From NCBI GenBank assembly GCA_964476175.1, contig CAYYYU010000059.1, forward strand, positions 1,088 through 65,087: 64,000 nucleotides of DNA, in the 5' to 3' direction. The notes under the pieces were generated by a model. The model did no database searches, was not told where the DNA came from, and was given only the letters and a program-made list of their open reading frames with translations. Position numbers and translations under genes: made by a program. This DNA comes from an uncultured Nitrosopumilales archaeon. GTDB lineage: Archaea; Thermoproteota; Nitrososphaeria; Nitrososphaerales; Gagatemarchaeaceae. Shown here piece by piece: positions 19,605-28,750 of the stretch (position 1 is its first letter; each line of letters opens with the position of its first letter).

Positions 19605-21716
19605 TCAGAGTGCTGTCGAATACTGGAGGGTGGCAACGGATTTGCACTTCTTGCACCGAACAGCCTTCTGAGGGAGCTTCGTACCACAGTTCCTGCAGAC
19701 CGAGATCGTCCTGTCCACCTTGAAGTACGGAAGCTTTGGGGTCGCGTTCAGTATCGTGCTGTAAATCCCTCTCACCTCCTCGGCTGATCCGTCAAGCGTC
19801 AGGGAAAGCCCGCCCATCAGCCCATTCGACAACTTGGTCATGTATTCCACCTTCTCGGGGTTCTCCAGGTCTGCCAGGGTCAGCCTCGGCGACTGGCTGT
19901 AAGCCCCCTTCTGCAACGGCTGAAGGTTGGCCTTCCCATACTTCTCTGAATCGAGGGTCGCGAGCCGGAACGCGCCGTCGAGGTCGAGCATGGCCACAGC
20001 GAGCCTGTCGTTCTTGGACGACTTGTCTAATGCAACCTGAGTCGCGGTCTGGACTATCTTCTCTGCAAGTTCGTACCTGGAACCGATCGTGGGGTCCCTG
20101 ATCAGGCTCGCGAGCGTCTCTTCGAGCCCGACCATGTTCATGATCAGGGGCATAGTGTCGGTGGTGACTGCGTCCGAGCCACCGGCTAGCGAGGGGAGGA
20201 GCCCCCTCTTGAGGGTCCTCTCGATGAGCCTCCTCCGCGTCGAGAGGGCGTCAGCCGCCACCCCTATCAAGAGGGCCAGCTTCGCCCTGAAATAGGTCTC
20301 GTCCTGGTTCGAGTCGTAGGCGAGCCTCGGGAGGTTGAGACTCAGCCCATGAAGCACGCTGATGTTGTCGGCCTGGAGCTCCTGCGGAAGAACGTTGGCG
20401 TTGAGCCCGAGGAAGCTCCTGCGCTGGTCCGAGGAGAAGAACGCTATCCGGCCTCCGTTGAAGATGGTAGCAGCGGCGAGCTTCAAGGTCTGGGTCTCGT
20501 CCACCCTGTTCGGCTTCGCCAGCAGGAGCCTGACGTCGGGCCTCGGGGTCTCCTCCACGAAGGTCCTGTATGCACCGAGAGCAGCGTCGAGCGCCTTGTC
20601 CATGACGTCTCTTGCTACGTCGTCGTGCCGGTACGGGTTGAGCTCTATGCTCACCGAAGGTATCCCGGTCCCGGCAATGGGGGTGCTGACCGTCTCGAAG
20701 AACCTGAGGAAGAGGCCTTCCAGCTCGCGCTTCCCCCTCGACTTGCAGAACGGTCCTACGTACTGGAGGAAGTTCCTGAACGTAATCTCGTCGGAGACCT
20801 CCCTGCAGAGCATGGACGACAGGTTGAGGACTATGTTGAGCGCCCTCTCGGCGCTTTCAGGGCTCGGTATCATCGCCGAGTTGACTATCCTCCCCCTAGG
20901 ATTCAGCCCTGCGTTCCTCATCGAGATCAGGTCGACGAAGACCGTATCCGGGGTCAGTCCCCACGTCCCTGCATTGGTGATGTGAATGTCCCCTGATAGG
21001 TGGGCGTCGGCCACGTCTCTGGGTAGCTGCTCCAGCAGAAGGTACTCTGAGAAGACCTGCTTCCCTGTCTGGTGGACGAGAGTTTCTACGCTCCCGCCGT
21101 CGTCCCCAGCCTTGCCCAGCAGCTGGGTCACGTCGTAAATCGGCATACCGAGCCTGGTCAGTTTGTGCCTGTACTCCTCAAGACTGTGCTCCACCAGTAG
21201 GGCGTTCACCACTTCGCGGATCAGGGGGGCGGTGAGGTACTGCGTCTGGAACTTGTATATCCTGGATTCGGTCTCGCTTGTTATCTTCTGAGCCAGCTCG
21301 ACGGGCATCCCGGCCTCTTTCACGAGGGACTGGAGGATCTTGTTGGCGTTGAACTCCTCCATCGTCTGGTGTGACGTCCTGACGTAGAGTTTGCCGCTCT
21401 CAACCAGCGACTGTTCCTCTATCTGTCGCGTGAGATTCAGGACCAGCCTCCCAAGATTGGTGACCGTGTACTTCCGCTCCTGCCTGTTCAGCTGTATGAG
21501 CAGTTGCTTGACGAGCTTCCTGAGGTGGTACGCGAACTTGCCTGACTCCTTCTTCGACTTGAAGCCGGCGAGCGTCTTGAGAGCGCTGTAGGTCAGAGGA
21601 CCCTTGATGTTCAGTATCCTTAGGATTTCCAGCCTCTGCGGAGATGCGATTACGCTGTAAATCGTCTTGACCCTTCTCGGAGCTGCCTGCAACCCAGGTC
21701 GAGAGGTCGTTGTCAA
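19605..21716 (-). CDS. wHTH + ATP-cone + class III RNR (NrdD)-like protein, probably non-catalytic
   Basis: 703 aa. ArsR-like 'SPQRLEILRIL', an ATP-cone (about aa 108-195), NrdD-like 'AHLSGDIHI' and 'LNLPRLAY', and a C-terminal CxxC..CxxC. I cannot find the glycyl-radical RVxGY motif after the ribbon. Confidence 0.6.
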   Translation of the reverse strand: MTTTSRPGLQAAPRRVKTIYSVIASPQRLEILRILNIKGPLTYSALKTLAGFKSKKESGKFAYHLRKLVKQLLIQLNRQERKYTVTNLGRLVLNLTRQIEEQSLVESGKLYVRTSHQTMEEFNANKILQSLVKEAGMPVELAQKITSETESRIYKFQTQYLTAPLIREVVNALLVEHSLEEYRHKLTRLGMPIYDVTQLLGKAGDDGGSVETLVHQTGKQVFSEYLLLEQLPRDVADAHLSGDIHITNAGTWGLTPDTVFVDLISMRNAGLNPRGRIVNSAMIPSPESAERALNIVLNLSSMLCREVSDEITFRNFLQYVGPFCKSRGKRELEGLFLRFFETVSTPIAGTGIPSVSIELNPYRHDDVARDVMDKALDAALGAYRTFVEETPRPDVRLLLAKPNRVDETQTLKLAAATIFNGGRIAFFSSDQRRSFLGLNANVLPQELQADNISVLHGLSLNLPRLAYDSNQDETYFRAKLALLIGVAADALSTRRRLIERTLKRGLLPSLAGGSDAVTTDTMPLIMNMVGLEETLASLIRDPTIGSRYELAEKIVQTATQVALDKSSKNDRLAVAMLDLDGAFRLATLDSEKYGKANLQPLQKGAYSQSPRLTLADLENPEKVEYMTKLSNGLMGGLSLTLDGSAEEVRGIYSTILNATPKLPYFKVDRTISVCRNCGTKLPQKAVRCKKCKSVATLQYSTAL

Positions 21717-21855
21717 TTGTATTTAACATTATGACGAGAGAAATTCAGCTTTAGGGAGGAGTCTCTCGGAAGGAGGGACCCCTACCGTGTTTCCTGAGAC
21801 GTCGGACCTTCAAGAGACTGTGGATTGAACCAATTCAAGAAGTGGCTGACGCGAT

Positions 21856-21967
21856 TGGGGTCGCCCGGATTTGAACCGGGGATCTTCAGCGGACTCGGCC
21901 CACAGGATCAGTGAATCCAGATGGGCTCCCAAGGCTGAAAGCCTAGACCAGACTAGCCGACGACCCC
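21856..21967 (-). tRNA. tRNA-Pro (UGG) with a 36-nt intron after position 38
   Basis: Hand fold. Acceptor GGGGTCG/CGACCCC. D stem GGCT/GGCT has two central Watson-Crick pairs and G:U wobbles at both ends (10-25 and 13-22). Anticodon arm TCAGC-CTTGGGA-[21891-21926]-GCTGA. T arm CCCGG-TTCAAAT-CCGGG. Lengths sum exactly to 112 nt. A Gln (UUG) register is a less likely alternative. Confidence 0.7.
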
Positions 21968-22092
21968 ACGACTTCGGCGTCGGCCTCCGCCGTAGTTATG
22001 GGTTCTGGCATTACTTTCAGTTGACTCTGGGCTAATGGGTGCGCGGACTGCGGCCTACCTAATATTGAAGCCGCTACGGTGGATCGACGGCA

Positions 22093-22929
22093 TTGGATGC
22101 CCTCGTTAACTCGGACGAGTCTAACCCGCCCTCATGTGAATGGATAGGAGGTTTTTTCGATGGTGAAGGTTCCATCGCTTTGACTTCGCGGAAGTTTTCA
22201 ATCGACCTAATGGTCAGTTTTACCCAGGCATATCGACCCATACTCGAACGGGTGAATTCGCATCTTCAAAGCGAGGGAATCCAAGGAGGAACTCCCCGGA
22301 CAGAAAGGGGTGGCAGGATAAGTCGGCTGATTTTCGTCTCCAATCTTCAAATCTTGCAGGTTCTGAAGAACCTCCTTCCCTCTCTCAGAATCAAAGCCGA
22401 GCAAGCGCGAGCCACAATCGATTATTTGGAAGACCGGATGACTGGCAACGAATTTCTTGCGATAATGAACTCTGAAATTGGGGTTCAGAAAAGGGGAGGG
22501 GACAGACACGAAGCGTCGTATCCTTGGCTCCGCTCCGAAGGCATTCGCATGACCCGTCTCAATTCAATCAGCTACGCAAGAGCTGTGCACAAGGAAAGAC
22601 GCAGTTCCCCCGATGCGAGAGAACGCGAGAGGTCCAAGGCAATCGAGAGGAACTTTCGAAGAGGTTTCTCAACTCAAAGAAAGGTTCTCACCTTGCTCGT
22701 CAATCGACCATTGACGACGGGTCTGGTAGCTCACGGCATGGGAAGGACCTGGCAACACACTAGGCTACTGTTGAAGGGGTTGTACGAAAGAGGGCTACTG
22801 GTAAGAAACCATTCAAGAATCACCGAGCCGTTCGAGTATAGCCTAACACCGTTGGGACGTAGTTATCTATCGGACAGCGGTGGGAAAGACATCCATGGAT
22901 TACCACCCCCTCACGAGAGCGTTTTATGA
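22093..22929 (+). CDS. Free-standing LAGLIDADG endonuclease fused to a C-terminal winged-helix domain
   Basis: 278 aa. 'WIGGFFDGEGSI', and a C-terminal 'GLVAHGMGRTWQHTRLLLKGLYERGLLV' MarR-like wHTH. Lower G+C. Overlaps the mpg start by 50 nt. Confidence 0.8.
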   Translation: MDALVNSDESNPPSCEWIGGFFDGEGSIALTSRKFSIDLMVSFTQAYRPILERVNSHLQSEGIQGGTPRTERGGRISRLIFVSNLQILQVLKNLLPSLRIKAEQARATIDYLEDRMTGNEFLAIMNSEIGVQKRGGDRHEASYPWLRSEGIRMTRLNSISYARAVHKERRSSPDARERERSKAIERNFRRGFSTQRKVLTLLVNRPLTTGLVAHGMGRTWQHTRLLLKGLYERGLLVRNHSRITEPFEYSLTPLGRSYLSDSGGKDIHGLPPPHESVL

Positions 22930-23482
22930 GAGGAACACAGTTCAGGTCGGACGAGATCTGCTGGGTAATGTCGTGGTTAGGCGCTTGGGTGACTCGCTGG
23001 TTGTTGGACAGATTGTAGAGACAGAGGCTTACGGAGGGCGTGATGATCCCGGAAGTCACGCGTACAGGGGAATTACACAACGAAATCATCTGATGTTTGA
23101 ACGTGCCGGATTCGCATACATCTATCTGGCGTACGGAGTGAACTGGTGTCTCAATGTGACTGCCGAACCTGCGGGAACCCCTGGGGCTGTTCTCATTCGA
23201 GCTTTGCAGCCCCTTTCTGGCGAAGAATTGATGAAGAAACATCGCAACGGAAAGGAAGGGACGACCCTGACGAATGGTCCAGGCAAACTAACACAAGCCC
23301 TGAGAATTACTGGGAAACTCAACGGGATTGACTTGACTTCGAAAGGCGATCTCTACATCGGCGGATTGCCTCAAAAAGGGACAATCTCCACGATAGCAAG
23401 TGAGCGAATCGGCCTTAGCAGAGGCGGTCGACTGCCCTGGAGGTTCTACCTCGGAGGAAACCAATTCGTCTCGAACAAGTAA
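22880..23482 (+). CDS. mpg: DNA-3-methyladenine glycosylase (AAG/MPG family), intact copy
   Basis: 200 aa. 'IVETEAYGGRDDPGSHAYRG', 'GFAYIYLAYGVNWCLNV' and 'AVLIRALQP'. Confidence 0.85.
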   Translation: MGKTSMDYHPLTRAFYERNTVQVGRDLLGNVVVRRLGDSLVVGQIVETEAYGGRDDPGSHAYRGITQRNHLMFERAGFAYIYLAYGVNWCLNVTAEPAGTPGAVLIRALQPLSGEELMKKHRNGKEGTTLTNGPGKLTQALRITGKLNGIDLTSKGDLYIGGLPQKGTISTIASERIGLSRGGRLPWRFYLGGNQFVSNK

Positions 23483-23746
23483 GTATACGTACGCGTACCC
23501 AGCCTCCCCGAACATGACAGCGTTTCGGGGAGTTCTCCCTGTGAACGCGTGACTCGCCGGGTCCCTGTTCCCCCTGTACGCTTCAGTCTCCACAATCCTG
23601 CCTGAGAGCCTTCTGCCGTCCACCACCCTGACCAAGACCTTGCCCAAGAGTCGCCTTGCCACCGAAGGCGAATAATCCTCGAAGAACGAGCGTCCTAGCC
23701 TCGACGCCCTGGGAGCCGTTTTCGAGTTCATCCTATTAGGCCCCAA
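23480..23746 (-). pseudogene. Truncated 5' remnant (89 codons) of a second, divergent mpg gene
   Basis: 'FFEDYSPSVARRLLGKVLV..GRIVETEAYRGNRDPASHAF..MFGEAGYAYVYL' parallels the intact copy at about 50% identity. It then breaks exactly where the plus-strand copy's TAA (23480-23482) sits. Confidence 0.7.
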
Positions 23747-23780
23747 TGAATAACCTAACCCCTGTCTGCCGCAAGCAAGA

Positions 23781-25004
23781 CTACCCCCTCGGTTTCACGT
23801 TCTTGAAGTACGTGTAAATCAACCCAATGCCAACCACGTACAGGATAGACGCCAACAACCACGGAAGGTCGTACTGACCCGACGCCAAGATGAGCCCGCC
23901 AAGAATCGTGCTGATGCTGTTCGGAAGCCTCCAGACTATGGCGCTGATTGAGCTCGCCAACCCTCTCATCTGAGGGGCTATGCTCATTACAAACGAATCC
24001 ATCAGAGGGGCTGACATGTTCATCAGGGCCGCCCTGACTATGTAGACGCCCCCGGCCAGGAAGACGTTGGGTATGAGCGCCAGACTGAGCATGAAAGGCA
24101 CAGAACTCCCGGTCGCAAGAAGCATCGCCCGGAGTCGACCGAGTCTTGCAGACAGCCTCGCACTGCCAACAGCTGAGAACGCGATTGTCATGCCAGCCAC
24201 TGCCAGAAACGGGCCACTGATGTTGTCAGGCACCGTGAACTTCAGCCACAGCCAGGTTCCCATCAACGGGATTATCAAACCGGCTCCGAGGCCTATGATC
24301 CCGTTCATGCCAGAGAACTTCAGGACAAGTTTCATGTCACTCGACCGGGATGCCCTGTCGACCGGCGCGATTCTTTCTTCGTAGCCTTTGAGAAGTATGA
24401 TAATCAGCACAGGGGATGCGAAATTCGCAAGGCCGAGCAGGAACAGGGAACCCATGTGCATCGGGGTCGACCCTATCCCCAAAGCGACCTCCAGAATCGG
24501 GAACGCGAGGGGCAAGGCCATCCCCAAAGAAAGAAAGACGTTGCTAACTATGAACGAAAGGGAGAACGCCGCGTCTCTGTTCCCCAAGTCGGTCTGGTCC
24601 GCTATGATGGCATTCCAGGAAGAAAGAGACAACGCCTCGGCAACACCGCCGATGACAGCGGCAAGGAGCAGGAGCGCCACGTCCATGGTCAGCGCGAACA
24701 CAAGGATTGTCGGAGCCATGAGAAGGTTCCCCACGATCAGGAACCATTTGCGTCCCCAGCGGTCGGAGAGGATGCCAAACGGAATTCCTGCGCAAATCAC
24801 GACGATTCCCTCCACCCCGAGGATGGCACCCACTACTCCGGCGTAGCTGGCGCTGTTGATTTCGGTCAAGTAAGCGGTCAGATAGATCAGGAAGTATCCG
24901 AAGCTGAGAGTGTTGATGACCTGCGTGAGGATGAGGAGTTTGACGCGCCTCGGGACAGTCGCCGAAGGCACGGGTTCGGCACCGCCCGTTCCACCAGACA
25001 TCAT
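23781..25004 (-). CDS. MFS transporter
   Basis: 407 aa, about 12 TM segments, motif A 'GILSDRWGRK'. Confidence 0.85.
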   Translation of the reverse strand: MMSGGTGGAEPVPSATVPRRVKLLILTQVINTLSFGYFLIYLTAYLTEINSASYAGVVGAILGVEGIVVICAGIPFGILSDRWGRKWFLIVGNLLMAPTILVFALTMDVALLLLAAVIGGVAEALSLSSWNAIIADQTDLGNRDAAFSLSFIVSNVFLSLGMALPLAFPILEVALGIGSTPMHMGSLFLLGLANFASPVLIIILLKGYEERIAPVDRASRSSDMKLVLKFSGMNGIIGLGAGLIIPLMGTWLWLKFTVPDNISGPFLAVAGMTIAFSAVGSARLSARLGRLRAMLLATGSSVPFMLSLALIPNVFLAGGVYIVRAALMNMSAPLMDSFVMSIAPQMRGLASSISAIVWRLPNSISTILGGLILASGQYDLPWLLASILYVVGIGLIYTYFKNVKPRG

Positions 25005-25045
25005 AAGCCCTTCCGCCGAACCCGTTAATTAACCACCACGGATTC

Positions 25046-26269
25046 ATGCCTTCGATGCGAGTCATAGCCGACCTGCAGCTCCATTCGAAATACGCCCTCG
25101 CCACAAGCAGGGACATGGACCTCGAGCACATCGCAGACGGCGCCAAAGCGAAAGGCCTGAACCTGGTGGGGACAGGGGACTTCACCCACCCTGTCTGGTT
25201 CTCAGAGCTAAAGACGAAGCTGGAGCCCATCTCAGGGACTGGGCTCTACTCATACCGAGGAACCACCTGGATGCTCGCCGGGGAGGTCAGCACGGTCTAC
25301 GAGCAGGACGGGAAGACGCGGAAGGTCCACCACCTCGTGTACTCTCCTGACATGGAGACGGCGGCCCAGATTAACAGCATCCTTTCGAAGTACGGCAATC
25401 TGAGCTCCGACGGGAGGCCGGTCCTCACCGGGATCGATTCAGCCGAGTTGGTGGAGCTCCTCACTGGTCTTTCAGACGGCGTCGTGGTGATTCCCGCCCA
25501 CGCGTGGACTCCCTTTTTCGGGGTCTTTGGCAGCAGGTCAGGTTTCGATTCGTTGAAGGAGTGTTATCAGGACCAGGTGGGGAAGATTTTCGCAATCGAA
25601 ACAGGTCTCAGCTCCGACCCTCCCATGAACTGGAGGCTTTCGTCTCTCGACAGGGTCGCACTCGTTTCGAACTCTGACGCCCATTCCCCCAACCCCTGGA
25701 GACTGGGGAGGGAGGCCAACGTCTTCGACCTGGAGAATCTGGACTACAGGAGCGTCTTCGATGCGATTCGGCAGAAGGACCCAGTGAGATTCAAGTTCAC
25801 GATAGAGGTAGACCCTGCTTACGGGAAGTACCACTACTCCGGTCACAGGAAGTGCGGCGTTTCTCTGTCTCCCCAAGACTTCCTCCGCGTCAAGGGGGTG
25901 TGTCCAAAGTGCGGAAAGAAGGTGACGGTCGGAGTCATGGGGCGGCTCGAGCAGCTCGCCGACCGTCCAGAGGGACACAGGCCTCCCGGCGCGATTCCGT
26001 ACAAGGGCCTACTTCCCTTGTACGAGGTCATCTCAGTCGCCACCGGAGTGAACCGCCTCTACGTCGAGCGGGTGATTGAAGAGCAAGACAGGCTGATCAA
26101 CGCCTTTGGGAGTGAACTGGCCGTCCTCCTCGAAATCAGCCCGGAACAGCTGAACAAGGTCACCAAGAAGACCATCTCTGAAGCGATCATTTCGATGAGG
26201 GAGGGAAGGACAACGTTCACTCCAGGGTACGACGGAGTGTACGGGGTACCCCACTTCGTGTCACCATGA
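25046..26269 (+). CDS. Endonuclease Q (PHP-domain nuclease for deaminated bases)
   Basis: 407 aa. 'ADLQLHSKYALATSRDMDLEHIA..AKGLNLVGTGDFTHPVW' and the zinc finger 'CPKCGKKVTVGV'. Confidence 0.8.
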   Translation: MPSMRVIADLQLHSKYALATSRDMDLEHIADGAKAKGLNLVGTGDFTHPVWFSELKTKLEPISGTGLYSYRGTTWMLAGEVSTVYEQDGKTRKVHHLVYSPDMETAAQINSILSKYGNLSSDGRPVLTGIDSAELVELLTGLSDGVVVIPAHAWTPFFGVFGSRSGFDSLKECYQDQVGKIFAIETGLSSDPPMNWRLSSLDRVALVSNSDAHSPNPWRLGREANVFDLENLDYRSVFDAIRQKDPVRFKFTIEVDPAYGKYHYSGHRKCGVSLSPQDFLRVKGVCPKCGKKVTVGVMGRLEQLADRPEGHRPPGAIPYKGLLPLYEVISVATGVNRLYVERVIEEQDRLINAFGSELAVLLEISPEQLNKVTKKTISEAIISMREGRTTFTPGYDGVYGVPHFVSP

Positions 26270-26305
26270 AGGCCGGGCGCGGGTCGCCGAACGTGGACAG
26301 GCCGA

Positions 26306-27295
26306 ATGGTTTTTAGTTCAACTGGACTCGTTCGCGGCGCAGCGTTGAAGGGACCTGACCACGGGACGCAGAGGTTTCTCCTGTGGACGGGGCTTTCTGT
26401 CGGGTCGAGCCTCACAGTCTACTATCAGCAGATTGTGGCGCTCTCGTCGAACCTGGGTGGACTGCTGGTAGACACCTTCGGAACGGTCTACTCGGCAATA
26501 CCCTTCGCTGCGCTCCTCATCCTCGTGTTCGCTCTCCGGTGGAACGACCTTCACGGACTTCTTCAGGATGAGCAGGGCTTCTCGTCGTTCCCCCGAAGGA
26601 GGGTGGCGGGGGCGCTCTTCGTTGCGTCCCCCCTCGTCCTTCAGCAGTTGGCCTTGGCATTCAGCCCCCTCTCGACATACGCCGCGATCGAGCTGGCTGG
26701 GGTCACCATCGTGCTCGTGTTCTACGGCATGTCGCTGCTTGTGAATCCCTCCACCCTGCGGTTCATGCTACCTTACGCCTCAGTGTACGTCGTCGGCATA
26801 GTTGCCCCGGTCCAGCTTCAGTCAATGTTCGGAGAGCCCCTCGCGTCGCTATCTGCATCCATGAGCGCGTGGATCACGGGCGTGGGGGGATTACCTATCA
26901 CGTGGCAGGGGGTCTTGTTCGGATTCGCGTCGAGGGTTGGGGGGAGTCAGGTCACCGGAGTGGTGACTCCAGGCTGCTCAAGCATCTACTCGATCACGAC
27001 CTTCCTGGGACTTCTCGGGCTGATGTATGTGGACTTCAGGGGGCCGTTGCTTTACACAACCAAAATCGCTATCGTGGGGGTGGTGGCACTCGTTCTCCTG
27101 AACGTTGTGAGGATCAGCCTGCTGATATGGGTGGGATATGACTTCGGACAAGATTCCCTCCTAGCACTGCACAACTGGGTCGGCTACGCGATGTTCGTCG
27201 GCTTCTACGTCGTCCTGCTGTATGTCTATTCCAACAACGCAGGGGGACGACGACCCGCTGTACTGCGAAGTGCACAGCGCTCCCGGACGGTCTGA
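26306..27295 (+). CDS. Archaeosortase (exosortase/archaeosortase family transpeptidase)
   Basis: 329 aa polytopic membrane protein. Candidate catalytic Cys 'VVTPGCSSIYS', Arg 'NVVRISLL' and His 'LHNWVGY' occur in the family order. Adjacent to a PEF-CTERM substrate. Confidence 0.65.
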   Translation: MVFSSTGLVRGAALKGPDHGTQRFLLWTGLSVGSSLTVYYQQIVALSSNLGGLLVDTFGTVYSAIPFAALLILVFALRWNDLHGLLQDEQGFSSFPRRRVAGALFVASPLVLQQLALAFSPLSTYAAIELAGVTIVLVFYGMSLLVNPSTLRFMLPYASVYVVGIVAPVQLQSMFGEPLASLSASMSAWITGVGGLPITWQGVLFGFASRVGGSQVTGVVTPGCSSIYSITTFLGLLGLMYVDFRGPLLYTTKIAIVGVVALVLLNVVRISLLIWVGYDFGQDSLLALHNWVGYAMFVGFYVVLLYVYSNNAGGRRPAVLRSAQRSRTV

Positions 27296-27335
27296 CATCG
27301 TCTCTGGAGTGGAAGACTTCGTCCGGAGTCAGAGC

Positions 27336-28058
27336 CTACTTGCGTACGATTCCCGTCATCATCTTCTGTCTGCCCGAGTTCCTTCTCGCGAGGAAATACA
27401 ACGAAACGAGAATGGCAGTGAATGCGACGATGATCAGAGGCTGAAACGGAAACTCTGGGATTCCTCCACTCGAGGAACTCGAACTCGAAGTAGTCGACGA
27501 GCTGGCTGTGCTCGTGGAAGAGCTAGGGGTCGTCGTGGTTGTGGTTGTCGAGCTTGACCGAGAGGTGCTACTCGTGGTGGTGGTCGTGCTCGTCGTGGAT
27601 GAGCTCGTCGTTGTCGTTGTTGAGCTTGTTGTCGTCGAACTCGTGGAGGTTGTAGTGGTGGTCAAAGCGTACGTGAATGTTGCGGCACCATGAATGGTCG
27701 GCGGATAGGCTCCCCAGGTCGCGTTGACCGTGTAGGTCCCCGCCCTCCAGGCCGACGAGCCGCCAGTCACAAAGCCAAATTGATAGGCTCCAGTGGTCGG
27801 GTTTACCGACGCATAGCCTGCAACGACCACAGACCCGGCTGGGTTGATTACCTTCACCGTAACCGCAGTGTTCGGCCCTGGGGCAGGAGTGACCGAGCCT
27901 GAGACCGTGGCTGATTGCGTCCCGGAGTACGAACTTGCGTCAGTCTTCACTGTAATGGTATAAGTGGTTTGAGAATAGGCCGGCTGCACCAGCAACAGTG
28001 CGAAGATGCCCGCTACTAGGATGACCTTCATTGCCTGCTCGTCCCCAAGCGTGTGCAT
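27336..28058 (-). CDS. Secreted surface protein with Ser/Thr-rich stalk and PEF-CTERM sorting signal
   Basis: 240 aa. Signal peptide, then an Ig-like region, a 65-aa S/T tract, and 'GGIPEFPF' + TM + 'ARRNSGRQ'. Confidence 0.75.
   Translation of the reverse strand: MHTLGDEQAMKVILVAGIFALLLVQPAYSQTTYTITVKTDASSYSGTQSATVSGSVTPAPGPNTAVTVKVINPAGSVVVAGYASVNPTTGAYQFGFVTGGSSAWRAGTYTVNATWGAYPPTIHGAATFTYALTTTTTSTSSTTTSSTTTTTSSSTTSTTTTTSSTSRSSSTTTTTTTPSSSTSTASSSTTSSSSSSSGGIPEFPFQPLIIVAFTAILVSLYFLARRNSGRQKMMTGIVRK
27468..27662 (-). repeat. Low-complexity Ser/Thr-coding tract (aa 133-197)
   Basis: Degenerate ACN/AGC/TCN codon repeats. Confidence 0.8.
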
Positions 28059-28059
28059 C

Positions 28060-28458
28060 CTACAGAGTCACCTTCACGCTGGTCAAATTCGACACTGGGA
28101 CTCCGTCGCCCGTGGCCGCAAAGAGGAATGCAGTGTATGTCCCATGAGCCAGTCCGGTGAACCCGAAGAAGGTTGTGCTGTTCAGTCCTGCACCCATAGA
28201 CGTGCCAGCAGTCGTTACGTAGACCGTCTGGCCGACGGAATTAGTCAGGTCGACGTAGATGAGAACGAAGAGGGAATTCGCGAACGTACTTCGGTACGTT
28301 ACGGAGACCCCCTGAAAGCCTCCCTGCGTCGACTGAGCTGCGTCTGAAGCGACCAGTCCGGTGGTAAGATAGGTGCTGGACCCGGTCGCAGAAACAGCAG
28401 GGACCAAGAATACCATGACGGAGAGCAATACGGCGAACGCAGATGCCCTCGTGTTCAT
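28060..28458 (-). CDS. Small secreted protein
   Basis: 132 aa. Signal peptide 'AFAVLLSVMVFLVPAVSA'. 1-nt gap to the PEF-CTERM gene. Confidence 0.5.
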   Translation of the reverse strand: MNTRASAFAVLLSVMVFLVPAVSATGSSTYLTTGLVASDAAQSTQGGFQGVSVTYRSTFANSLFVLIYVDLTNSVGQTVYVTTAGTSMGAGLNSTTFFGFTGLAHGTYTAFLFAATGDGVPVSNLTSVKVTL

Positions 28459-28532
28459 GCCTGCGCTGTTCTAGCTTCATCATGCTATTTAATCCTAAGA
28501 CTTTGAACGTGCGACGGAACAAATCGGGCGTG

Positions 28533-28609
28533 TGGGGACGGTCGGATTCGAACCGACGGTATACAGGTTTCTGCAGCTCCAATGCCTAATCATCCACGTT
28601 GCTGTGTCA
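28533..28609 (-). pseudogene. Orphan tRNA-Trp 3' fragment (distal intron plus 3' exon)
   Basis: About 75% identical over about 77 nt to 30057-30136. Contains 'TTGGAGC', A-CCTGT, variable ATACC, T arm GTCGG-TTCGAAT-CCGAC with compensatory changes, and acceptor CGTCCCC-A. No matching 5' exon found in the window. Confidence 0.6.
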
Positions 28610-28750
28610 TCAAACGTTTTATGAACCAATCGACTGTTGACTCGCCTCTGCCGTCGAACTAATAGTTTCAGGATAGTCTCCTCATCTACGTCGGTTCCCA
28701 ACTGAATCGCTTATCCAGCAGAATTCCATCGAGGGCAATTTGTATCATCC

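Noticed and set aside
21815-21840. GGATTGAACC T-arm-like decamer just 3' of tRNA-Pro, as a possible tRNA remnant
   Set aside because: Only about 10 nt match. No acceptor-like sequence accompanies it and no inserted ORF lies between it and the tRNA. It is compatible with chance.
27468-27662. Tandem DNA repeat or contingency locus in the surface-protein gene
   Set aside because: The repetition is degenerate codon-level low complexity encoding Ser/Thr. It is not an exact tandem repeat with a defined unit.
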